64,000 nucleotides of DNA. Origin: Azolla caroliniana (Eukaryota; Plantae; Polypodiophyta). Below, in pieces: positions 24,308 to 34,146 of this stretch. A program made the translations under genes and the position numbers. The stretch covers positions 85,726 to 149,725 of the forward strand of contig CM091651.1 of NCBI GenBank assembly GCA_043228905.1. Direction: 5' to 3'. The notes below the pieces were generated by a model. The model was given only the letters and a program-made list of their open reading frames with translations, did not search any database and was not told the origin of the DNA. The first letter of the stretch is position 1; each line of letters opens with the position of its first letter.

Positions 24308-24424
24308 TGACTTTCATACGAGTATAGCACTAAATATCAATCGAGGTTTAGATTCTCTATCGTGCAGAAATAGAATTTCCTTTTTAAAATTCGCTCTTTG
24401 TAAAAAAAAAAAAGAAATGCAGTG

Positions 24425-24454
24425 TTGACCTCTTATACGAGACTATGATAGAAT
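24425..24454 (+). promoter_or_regulatory. Putative trnL-UAG/ccsA promoter
   Basis: TTGACC-18 nt-TAGAAT, 22 bp upstream of trnL. Confidence 0.6.
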
Positions 24455-24476
24455 CAATTAGGGTGAAGCATATGCC

Positions 24477-24556
24477 GCCGCTATGGTGAAACTGGTAGAC
24501 ACGCTGCTCTTAGGAAGCAGTGCTAGAGCATCTCGGTTCGAATCCGAGTAGCGGCA
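24477..24556 (+). tRNA. trnL-UAG: tRNA-Leu(UAG)
   Basis: GCCGCTATGGTGAAA...CT-TAG-GA...GGTTCGAATCCGAGTAGCGGCA. Confidence 0.97.
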
Positions 24557-24790
24557 TTCGGGTTCGAGTTTAATAAACTTTTTTATTTGTCAAATAAAAA
24601 ACAATTTAACGAAAGGGACAAAAAAAAGGAATGGGTTTTACTTTTCAAACCTGGTATAGCTAGATTTTCTATAATGATATAATCCATTTTTTAAATGGAG
24701 GATACGGTAACAAACGGTATGAGCTGCTAGATATTTATTAATCTTATACTGATTCAACCTGATTAACCGATCGACTGGTCCTTCTCTATT

Positions 24791-25765
24791 ACGACATACA
24801 TCGATATAGAGTACATATGTGCGCATATTTCTTTCATTATGCTCCTTGTCGTTACTTCACTCCATTGGATCGTTCTAAGCTATAAATCTGATAAATTGAA
24901 TAATTTGATCAATAAAGGTATGGCAGTTGCCTCTCTCCGTATAACAGGTTTTTTGTTGATTCGATGGATCGAAACCAAGCATTTACCCTTGAGCAATCTG
25001 TATGAATCGTCCATGTTTCTATCGTGGAGCTTCTCCTTATTGTACATACTTTTAAAAATAGGAAATCAAAATGAATGGTCAGGTGCTGTTGTGGCACCGG
25101 GTGCTACATCGACTCATGCATTTGCTACTTCGGGTCTACCTGAGGAAATACAACGATCCACGCAGCTAGTACCCGCTTCACAGTCCCACTGGTTGATGAT
25201 GCATGTAAGTACGACGCTACCGAGCTACGCAACCCCTTCATGTGGATCTCTATCGGCAATAGCTTTACCAATTATCTATTTTGATAGAAAAACCGGTAGT
25301 TTCGTTTATGAATCTAATCGTGGGTTCAGTCAGGAAACGTACGTCCGTGCGTCAGATACAACTTTTTTTTATTCTGATCAAAGAAAAGCTGATGTGGAAA
25401 GGCCTTTTTTCTATTTGCTATCCCCTAATTTGCGTAAGTGTCGACTTGTTAATCAACTGGATCAATGGGCTTATAATATAATAAGTTTAGGATTTTCCCT
25501 CTCAACTATTGGTATTCTCTCTGGAGCAGTATGGGCCAATGAAGCGTGGGGATCTTACCGGAGCTGGGATCCTAAAGAGACTTGGGCGTTAGTGACTTGG
25601 TTAATACATGCAATTTATCTTCATACCAAAATGACTCAATGTTGGGGAAAGGAAGGACCTGCCATAGTAGCATCTATTGGATTTTTTTTGGTTCGGATTC
25701 GCTTTTTGGGAGTAAACTTACTGGGAATCGGATTACACAATCATGGATGGCTAGCCCAGCAATAA
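24791..25765 (+). CDS. ccsA: Cytochrome c biogenesis protein CcsA; ACG start presumably edited
   Basis: HLPLSNLYES, WLMMHVS, GAVWANEAWGSY(R)SWDPKETWA; in-frame ACG at 24791 adds the usual N-terminus (IEYICAHISF). Confidence 0.95.
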   Translation, partial: TTYIDIEYICAHISFIMLLVVTSLHWIVLSYKSDKLNNLINKGMAVASLRITGFLLIRWIETKHLPLSNLYESSMFLSWSFSLLYILLKIGNQNEWSGAVVAPGATSTHAFATSGLPEEIQRSTQLVPASQSHWLMMHVSTTLPSYATPSCGSLSAIALPIIYFDRKTGSFVYESNRGFSQETYVRASDTTFFYSDQRKADVERPFFYLLSPNLRKCRLVNQLDQWAYNIISLGFSLSTIGILSGAVWANEAWGSYRSWDPKETWALVTWLIHAIYLHTKMTQCWGKEGPAIVASIGFFLVRIRFLGVNLLGIGLHNHGWLAQQ

Positions 25766-26169
25766 GCTAAACCACAAGATAATTTCTAAAAAAAAGTGAA
25801 TTTAGATTCATTCACAAATTGAAAAATGAAAAAATCTGTATAACTATATCGAGTTGGTATATCAGTTTCGTTGGAGACGGGAACCAGTAGAAACGAACAG
25901 ATAGTATGATTCTTATTATCTCATCTTTTTCCTTGTCGTTTTCTTTTACTTTCCTCCATCCTTCTCTGGAATTATGAGTACAGTTGATAATATCATCTGT
26001 CAGGAAGTAAGTAGGGGTTACCTTTTGAGCGTTCCCCAAATACCAGAAAATCTGCAAAGCAAAACTTTGATGATATCGAGTTTAAAGTCTAAATTAACTT
26101 TAGACTTCTAGCATTAACCAATCAGCAAGAGTTTGAGACAAAAAAATATCATTTATAAGATCTAAATGA

Positions 26170-26224
26170 AAAAAAAGGAAAAAATATATATATAGAATTA
26201 TATATATATTTTTTTCCTTTTTTT
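26170..26224. terminator. AT-rich hairpin between the convergent ccsA and ndhD genes
   Basis: AAAAAAAGGAAAAAATATATATATA-GAAT-TATATATATATTTTTTTCCTTTTTTT. Confidence 0.6.
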
Positions 26225-26244
26225 GCACCTATATATCCATCATT

Positions 26245-27753
26245 TCACAATGAAAGGGAATGTAAAGACAAAATTGAAAGTACATCATTGTTCCATAAAC
26301 TCAGAACCATGTTTGGGTATAGACCGATACCTAGTATAGGTAGGAAAAGACAAACTGAAGTAAATAGTTCTCTAGGTCCAGAATCGGTTAGATACGGATC
26401 TAATTTGTTGGATTGTTTGTACCCATAAAAGGTTCGACGTAACATAGATAATGGATAGATGGGGGTTAATGCTGTACCAATAGCTTCTACTACAGTTATT
26501 CCGACTTTGAATAAGAACGAATATTGCTTGTTAGTGACAACTCCCGGGAATACTAATGATTCTGATGCGAACCCACTCATTCCTGGTAATGCTAAAGATG
26601 CAAACGAAAAGATAGTAAACATTATAAATAGTCTAGGCATTTGAATTGCCATTCCTCCTAGTTGATCCAAAAAAAGAGTACGAGTTCGATCGTATAGAGT
26701 CCCTGCGAGAAAGAAAAGGGCTGCACCTATCAAACCATGGGAAATCATTTGTAATATAGCTCCATTAATACCCATGTTTGTTGAAGAGCCTATTCCGATT
26801 GTTACAAAGCCCATGTGAGAGATGGAAGAATAGGCTATTCTCCTCTTGAGATTACGTTGACTGATGGAAATAATAGAGGCGTATACGATCTGGGCCGCTC
26901 CCAACAAAACTAACCATGAGCTGTAGATGGAGTGTGCATGGGTCAGTATCCCTAGGTTTATTCGGACCAGTCCGTACCCTCCCATTTTGAGTAATATCCC
27001 AGCGAGTAACATACATGTACTGTAATGAGCCTCGCCATGAGTGTCAGGTAACCAAGTATGAAAAGGAAAGAGTGGTAGTTTTACGGCATAAGCTATTAGA
27101 AAACCTAAATAGATAAGGACTTCGGATGTTATAGGATACGATTTATAAGTCAAATCCTGAATGTCGAAAGAGGGTGTCTCTGTTCCATAGAAACCCGTAG
27201 TTAACGCAGCTATTAAAAGGAAAATGGAACCACCAGCTGTATATAGAACAAATTTGGTAGCTGAGTATGAACGTCTCTTCCCGCCCCACAAACACAAAAG
27301 CAAATAGACTGGAATAAGTTCGAGCTCCCACATGAGGAAGAAAAGCAAAATATCCCGAGAGGCAAATAATCCGATTTGGCCACTATACATGGCTAACATT
27401 AGGAAATAGAATAGTCTTGTATTGCGTGTTATTGGCCAAGCTGCCGAAGTCGCCGAAGTTGTAACAAAACCCGTTGATAGAATGAGACCCATGGAAAGTC
27501 CGTCGATACCTGAACTCCAATGGAATTTAATAGAGTTTATCCAGTTTAATTTTTCTACCAACTGAACAAAATTAGAATCAATTTGAAAATGGCAATGAAA
27601 TGTATGAATTATCAATAAGAATTCTGGTATACGAATGCCCGGAGTGTACCATCGGATTATTCTATTTCCGTTACGAGGCAGCATCGGAAGAAGCAAACCA
27701 GCAAAGATTGGAAAGAGAACTATTATTGTTAGCCGAGGTACGTTACTAATCAT
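26245..27753 (-). CDS. ndhD: NADH dehydrogenase subunit D
   Basis: 502 aa; [31 protein letters not shown]. Confidence 0.97.
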   Translation of the reverse strand: MISNVPRLTIIVLFPIFAGLLLPMLPRNGNRIIRWYTPGIRIPEFLLIIHTFHCHFQIDSNFVQLVEKLNWINSIKFHWSSGIDGLSMGLILSTGFVTTSATSAAWPITRNTRLFYFLMLAMYSGQIGLFASRDILLFFLMWELELIPVYLLLCLWGGKRRSYSATKFVLYTAGGSIFLLIAALTTGFYGTETPSFDIQDLTYKSYPITSEVLIYLGFLIAYAVKLPLFPFHTWLPDTHGEAHYSTCMLLAGILLKMGGYGLVRINLGILTHAHSIYSSWLVLLGAAQIVYASIISISQRNLKRRIAYSSISHMGFVTIGIGSSTNMGINGAILQMISHGLIGAALFFLAGTLYDRTRTLFLDQLGGMAIQMPRLFIMFTIFSFASLALPGMSGFASESLVFPGVVTNKQYSFLFKVGITVVEAIGTALTPIYPLSMLRRTFYGYKQSNKLDPYLTDSGPRELFTSVCLFLPILGIGLYPNMVLSLWNNDVLSILSLHSLSL

Positions 27754-27941
27754 TTATGTATGGGAAGGAGAAAGAAAGAAGATGTTGTAGGGTTGATTAT
27801 GTTATGCGAACTGTGCATTTCGACCCATACTCAGACTTCGTTATCACGAAACTTCGAATATGGGCCGAAAAAGAATGAGGACTAATGAGGACTAAATTGG
27901 ATCAATTTTGTTTCGTTGTTTATACCCTATCTCTCATTCAA

Positions 27942-28187
<246 letters not shown>

Positions 28188-28504
28188 TTAGTCTATTTAC
28201 TCCTATCGGATTTTTATATCGAAACCTACCGCATGTGGATTACGATTAGACCTTTGTTCTATTCCTCATACGGATGTTACTGATTCTCGTCTGGGATGCA
28301 TCCCATGTACGGGATTTGCACGGTCCACCGCTAGACCACAACCTTTTTTGTTGTTTTATTGACTCGTTCCTGACTCATGTTTCTCACAAAAGAGAGATGG
28401 AAGGAACAGGGATCAACGACACGGTTCGTTCGACACTGATATCTATTACTGAATCGGGTACCGATTTGATCGGATCCGGGAAAAAATCCATACTGATCAA
28501 TCGA

Positions 28505-28816
28505 TTACCATTTTAACAAATCGAATTGATCGATACGAGTCGATCTTCTGTTTCGCCGAATAACGAGAGCAAGGGCTAACCCAATGGCAGCTTCGGCGGC
28601 TGCAACAGCTATAATGAATAAACAAAAGATTTCTCCCCTCGTTTGCTGGATTGAATCATCAAAAAGAAGATGAGAGAATGCTATAATGTTAATATTAATT
28701 GCATTAAATATTGACTCAAGACACATTAGTGCCCTAACCGTGTTTCGACTCGTGATCAATCCAAAGAAACCAACACAATGGGGATAAGCACCTAAAACTA
28801 GTCCGTGTTCGAGCAT
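28505..28816 (-). CDS. ndhE: NADH dehydrogenase subunit E
   Basis: MLEH...[10 protein letters not shown]...[12 protein letters not shown]. Confidence 0.96.
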   Translation of the reverse strand: MLEHGLVLGAYPHCVGFFGLITSRNTVRALMCLESIFNAININIIAFSHLLFDDSIQQTRGEIFCLFIIAVAAAEAAIGLALALVIRRNRRSTRIDQFDLLKW

Positions 28817-28926
28817 AAATTATCAACTTCCCCCTCCTTCTAAGAATAGTGACAATAGATTCCTTTTTCTTCCTATATAAAACTGTCTTTTCATCGATTC
28901 TGTATTTATAAAGTCACCATGATTGA

Positions 28927-29514
28927 TCAAGATGAAGAATTATCCTGGGATGACGGTGGAACCTTTTTTTTTATGGCTAACCCATCATTACGAGCCATGG
29001 TAATAGCTCCTACTAGAGCGATTAGGAGTAGTATCGAAAGCGGTTCAAACGGAACGATAAAGGTGGTTAATAGTTGGTATCCCGCTTCTTGAGCATTATT
29101 CTTCGGAGCGTCCCCCACGGAAATAGAAAAATTCAACCGATCGATTGATTGTACATCCGACCATTTCGTACCATGAATCATAGCAATTAGTAGTGAAGAA
29201 AGGCCTACACGAACTACCGAAGCTATGGAGTATCCTGCATTCAAAGGTGTACGAGGACCCGCCGGCTCGTCAGTGACCATAACAGCAGACACGATTAAAA
29301 CATTTATAGCTCCTACATAGATAAGCAATTGTGCCGCAGCTACAGAATCGGCATTCAATACGAGGTATGATGGAGATACACAGGTGAACACCAACCCTGG
29401 AAGAAAAGCAGAATGAACCACATTAGGAAGTAATACTACTCCCAAACTCCCTAGTAGAATACCTGATTCTATTAATACCAAAATAACTTGATGAATTGAT
29501 TCAGATAGATTCAT
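28927..29514 (-). CDS. ndhG: NADH dehydrogenase subunit G
   Basis: AAAQLLIYVGAINVL, PFE...ALVGAITMAR. Confidence 0.96.
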   Translation of the reverse strand: MNLSESIHQVILVLIESGILLGSLGVVLLPNVVHSAFLPGLVFTCVSPSYLVLNADSVAAAQLLIYVGAINVLIVSAVMVTDEPAGPRTPLNAGYSIASVVRVGLSSLLIAMIHGTKWSDVQSIDRLNFSISVGDAPKNNAQEAGYQLLTTFIVPFEPLSILLLIALVGAITMARNDGLAIKKKVPPSSQDNSSS

Positions 29515-29625
29515 TGTACATAATTGATTGCTAAAAATTTTTGTCTCATTTTCCAGCCCATTCTATTTTTTCGTATATTTTTGTGATCGCGCACGGCGAG
29601 ACAGGTCGGTTATTATCCCAAAAAA

Positions 29626-30177
29626 TCAATCGCTGATATGAGTAATGGTTCGATCAACAACGAAAAATCCATCAATAACTCTTTTTGGTAAGCGAGTTGT
29701 TGAAACTGTCTGGATCGAAACGTCTTGAGAAATAGAGAGGGGTAAACGCCCCGAAGCTGTTTGGTCGTAATTCAATTCATGACGATCGTAACTCGAAGGT
29801 TCATACTCCTCAGTCATTGACAAACAATTGGTTGGGCAATATTCGACACGATTCCCGCAGAAGATGCAAACTCCAAAATCAATGCTATAACTCTTCAATT
29901 GCTTCTTTTTCATGCTCTTCACCAACATCCAATCAACGACAGGCAGATTGATCGGGCACACTCGGACACAGACTTCGCAAGCGATACATTTGTCGAATTC
30001 AAAGTGAATACGACCGCGAAAACGTTCGGATGGTACAGTTTTTTCATACGGATATTGGATGGTTATAGGCGAACGGCTCGAATGGTCTAAAGTAACTGCA
30101 AATCCCTGACCAATGTATTTCGCAGCATCTAGTGCTTGTTGTCCATGATTCTGAAACGTCATTAATGTTGAAAACGT
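29626..30177 (-). CDS. ndhI: NADH dehydrogenase subunit I; ACG start presumably edited
   Basis: [12 protein letters not shown] and CIFCGN(R)VEYCP; in-frame ACG-TTT-TCA at 30177. Confidence 0.95.
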   Translation of the reverse strand, partial: TFSTLMTFQNHGQQALDAAKYIGQGFAVTLDHSSRSPITIQYPYEKTVPSERFRGRIHFEFDKCIACEVCVRVCPINLPVVDWMLVKSMKKKQLKSYSIDFGVCIFCGNRVEYCPTNCLSMTEEYEPSSYDRHELNYDQTASGRLPLSISQDVSIQTVSTTRLPKRVIDGFFVVDRTITHISD

Positions 30178-30340
30178 GTGATAGATAAACCTAATCTTAT
30201 TTTTTTTTTTTACTTTTTAAACCCAAGAATAGAAATAAATAAGTATAAATCTATAAATATTTACTTATGATTTCATACTAGATTTAGATAGACTTTACTT
30301 AAAGTGGATTTGAAACGAACGAAAAAAAGGATAACATACG

Positions 30341-30897
30341 TTATTTAAGTGAAAAAGGTTGGAATGGAGCTGTCGGCAACAGATTCCCCAGAGAGATGGG
30401 CAAGAGAAATTTCCATCCGAGATCTAATAACTGATCTATTCTTACTCTGGGTAATGTCCATCTCGTCAAAATAGATATGAATAAGAATAAATAACATTTT
30501 GATAGTGTAGTAACAATATCTATCACTATCTTAAATGAAGTACTTAACTCACTACTGAAACCCCAAGATAAAGATTCTTGTGTGAGTTTCTCCAAGAACG
30601 GAATTGATGAATCCCATCCACCTAGATAAAGGACTGTTACAAATGATGAAGGAACCAATAGATTCGGATAGGAACCGACATAAAATAAACCAAATTTTAT
30701 TCCCGAATATTCAGTTTGATAACCTGCCACCAGTTCCTCCTCCGCCTCTGGTAGATCGAATGGTAGTCTTTCACATTCTGCCAGTGATGCAATGAAGAAC
30801 GCTATAAAACCTATGGGCTGCCGCCACAGATTCCACCCCAAGAAACCATACTTGGATTGCGTTTCAACGATATCGACCGTACTCAAACTACCGGATA
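30341..30897 (-). CDS. ndhA: NADH dehydrogenase subunit A, exon 2
   Basis: SLSTVDIV...[22 protein letters not shown]...RWTLPR. Confidence 0.94.
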
Positions 30898-31792
30898 AGG
30901 ATAGTCGACAGCATCGCTCTGGTTGCCGCCTCTAATGCAGAACCGTACATGAATTTGATTTTCATACGGCTCCCCATCGACTCGTTCGATCCTTTTTTTG
31001 TACCGCGAAATACGGAACTGTATAAGATTTCCCTATCAATGAGATTCCGTTTGCTAGAAAGTGATTGCTTCTGAATCTATCTCTACCTTACCAGTTCTTA
31101 ATATTAGTTTCTTAATTGCACCAAACCTTTTTGGTTCGTCGTAAGATAAGTACCCACCCATCTAGAAAACCACATTTGAAAACCAAGGTACAAAAAAATT
31201 TCAGCAATCTTTTAAAGTATGTATATAAAAAAAAAACCTTGTTTTTGCTAGATTTGGTAGACTGTTACAAAGGTTGTTTCGTTCCAAATAGTCATGATTC
31301 GCGTAGATAGAAATATACTCGAGATTGAGATTTTTTCTAGGTGTACGACTCAGTCACCCCCACCAAAGCTGAGCCTTGTAAATCCTCTAAAAAAAAGGAC
31401 AAATTTTTTGTTTGGTAATTCCCCGAACTAATCCAAACTTATCCGTGTATATATATATATATATATCTTTTTTTTCTCTATTTGTCTAACGAATCTCTTG
31501 TGTATATTAGTGTTCCTTACCATCTACTTTCGTTTAATCCTAACATGTTCTATTTTATTAGGATTCTTAGTATCCGCTACAGGTTTTGGTGGATTCGCCT
31601 AAATCTGGATTTAAGCGGTGCCTGCCGCTCGGATATACTTTACACCCGCACACGGTGAATGGGGCTTGATCTAGTAACTGCGATATGCTGTTCGATCTCA
31701 CCCAAATGACTATTTAGTTTATGAAGAAACGATACATTAATTTCCTAAGCCTAAGAATTTTTTTCATCTTCGTTTCGTTCAACGAATCGCAC
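30898..31792 (-). other. ndhA group II intron
   Basis: GTGCG 5' end; domain V GAGCCGTATGAAAATCAAATTCATGTACGGTTC near the 3' end; exons join in frame (550+557 nt). Confidence 0.9.
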
Positions 31793-32342
31793 GTAGGGAT
31801 ATCGACAAAACGCATAACGCTAAAGGGATTTCATAACTGATTGATTGAGCAGCTGCTCTCAGACCACCCGGAAAAGAATATTTGTTATTTGACCCATATC
31901 CAGCCATTAGAAGACCCAAGGGTACAATACTTGGGATAGCAATCCAAAAAGAAACACCTATATTCGGATTAGATAGGATTATATGCTGACCAAAGGGTAT
32001 CACCAAACGAGTTATGAAGACTGGTATGACTACAACAGCTGGTCCGGTTTTGAATAACCAGGGATCACTTCCAGCCGGGACAATATCTTCCTTTAGAAGA
32101 AGCTTAATACCATCTGCCAAGGATTGAATAATCCCCAAGGGACCCGCATATTCCGGTCCGATACGCTGCTGCACCCCCGCAGACACTTTTCGTTCGAGCC
32201 ATACGATCACTAAAACCCCTACTGTAACTCCCACGACCAACAAAAGGATAGAGGCTAGAATTCGAATTGATTCGAGGGGATTTCTAGCAATATCGAGCAA
32301 GTGAACTAATTGTTCCAAATAGGTTTCGAAACTAATTACCGT
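31793..32342 (-). CDS. ndhA: NADH dehydrogenase subunit A, exon 1; ACG start presumably edited
   Basis: [23 protein letters not shown]...[15 protein letters not shown]. Confidence 0.94.
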
Positions 32343-32343
32343 T

Positions 32344-33522
32344 TCGACGATCGACCTCTCCCATAATAATATCTATACTACCTGATATTGTCATAATATC
32401 TGCTAACTTCATTCCTTTTATTAATTGGGATAGAATCTGTAGATTTGTAAAACCAGGAGAACGAATCTTCCATCTCCAGGGAAAAACACTATCATCTCCA
32501 ATTGGGAATACACCTAATTCACCTTTTGGAGCCTCCACCCTCACATAATGTTCTTGCTTAGGTAACTTAATTGTAGGGGAAGATTTTTTACCAACAAATT
32601 GGTAATTGAATTCGTTCCATTTTGCATCTCCCTGTCGCTGACGAAACCGCCGGCCCTCTAAATTTTCGTACGGACCTCCCGGAGGTAGTTTCAATGCTTG
32701 TTGAATAATCTTAATTGACTCTCTCATTTCGTTGATTCGTACCAAGTAACGAGCCAACGAATCTCCTTCTTTTTTTGATTGGATTTGCCAATCCAATTTA
32801 TCATAACATTCATAATTATCAACCTTTCGGAGATCCCACTTAACTCCCGATGCTCGTAACAAAGGTCCTGATAAGCCCCAGTTGATAGCCTCTTCCTTAC
32901 TCACGAAACCTATACCCTCTACTCGTCTCAGAAAAATAGGATTCCTTGTTATTAGTCGCTCATACTCATCAATTTTTGGAAGACAATACTTACAGAAGTC
33001 GATACATTTGTCTACCCACCCATACGGAAGATCCGCAGCTACTCCCCCAATTCGGAAGTAGTTATGCATCATTCGCATACCTGTAGCAGCTTCAAATAAG
33101 TCATAAATCATCTCCCTTTCTCGTAATATATAGAAAAAGGGAGTCTGAGCACCGATATCCGCAAGGAAGGGTCCAAGCCACAGCAAGTGAGAAGCTATTC
33201 GGCTTAGTTCAAGCATTATCACACGTATATAACTAGCCCTTTCAGGTACTCGGATATTTGCCAATCTTTCCGGTGCGTTGACAGTCACTGCCTCCGTAAA
33301 CATGGTTGCTAGGTAATCCCACCTCGTGACGTAAGGAAGGTATTGTACAATTGTTCGGTTCTCGGCGATCTTTTCCATTCCCCTATGCAAATATCCCAGT
33401 ACTGGTTCGCAATCAACAACATTTTCTCCATCCAGAGTGACAATAAGCCGAAGAACACCATGCATCGATGGGTGGTGAGGACCCATACTTATAGTAACTG
33501 GATCCACTTTTTTGAGAGACAT
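32344..33522 (-). CDS. ndhH: NADH dehydrogenase subunit H; stop probably created by CGA-to-UGA editing (genomic stop at 32332)
   Basis: [14 protein letters not shown]...IMGEVDR followed by CGA. Confidence 0.96.
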
Positions 33523-33633
33523 ATTCGTAAATTTATTCCTTCTCAGTAGATGTCACAAAATGTAGTTTCCATAAAAAAAAAGACTTCTTCTGTAGTAATG
33601 CGTGTTATACAATAGGAAATTTTATGGACTTTT

Positions 33634-33903
33634 TTATTGTCGTTCCTTCAATCTCCGAATATTCATATTTTTCAGAACTTTCTTATATGAAACGGGATCT
33701 CGATTCGATAGATAGATAAGAAGACGTTTCCGCTTGCCCAGCACCCTCCATAAACCTCTTTGGGATGAATAATCTTTGGGATGTAGTTCTAGATGAGATG
33801 TTAGTATCGAGACTCGATAAGTCAGATTGCTAATTTGGATGTTGGCAGATCCTGTATCTACTTCACTTACTAACAGCGAATCAGTTGATTTTTTTTTATT
33901 CAT
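33634..33903 (-). CDS. rps15: 30S ribosomal protein S15
   Basis: TGSANIQI...HLELHPKDYSSQRGL...GKRKRLL. Confidence 0.95.
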   Translation of the reverse strand: MNKKKSTDSLLVSEVDTGSANIQISNLTYRVSILTSHLELHPKDYSSQRGLWRVLGKRKRLLIYLSNRDPVSYKKVLKNMNIRRLKERQ

Positions 33904-34044
33904 TTTTATTCTAATTGCCTCTTATGCTTCGATTTCTTAGGATTTTTTGGCTAGGTACAGATCCATTACTCATATTGATTGAGGAATGGTTTTTTTTTTT
34001 TAGGGCTCAGCCATTCAAGACGAATCCATTCATATGTCGAATAC

Positions 34045-34082
34045 TTGGTTGAGATTACCGAAACTTCGGTAATCTCAACCAA
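34045..34082 (-). terminator. Perfect hairpin between ycf1 and rps15
   Basis: TTGGTTGAGATTACCGAA-AC-TTCGGTAATCTCAACCAA (18-bp arms). Confidence 0.7.
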
Positions 34083-34146
34083 ATAAATGATCGAATTGGT
34101 GTTGATGTCTATATTTACCGATCATCTGTTTCTGTTCATGTCGATT

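Noticed and set aside
31448-31466. (AT)n microsatellite in the ndhA intron, poly-A/T runs, and a 10-bp duplication near 27874
   Set aside because: Ordinary plastid simple repeats
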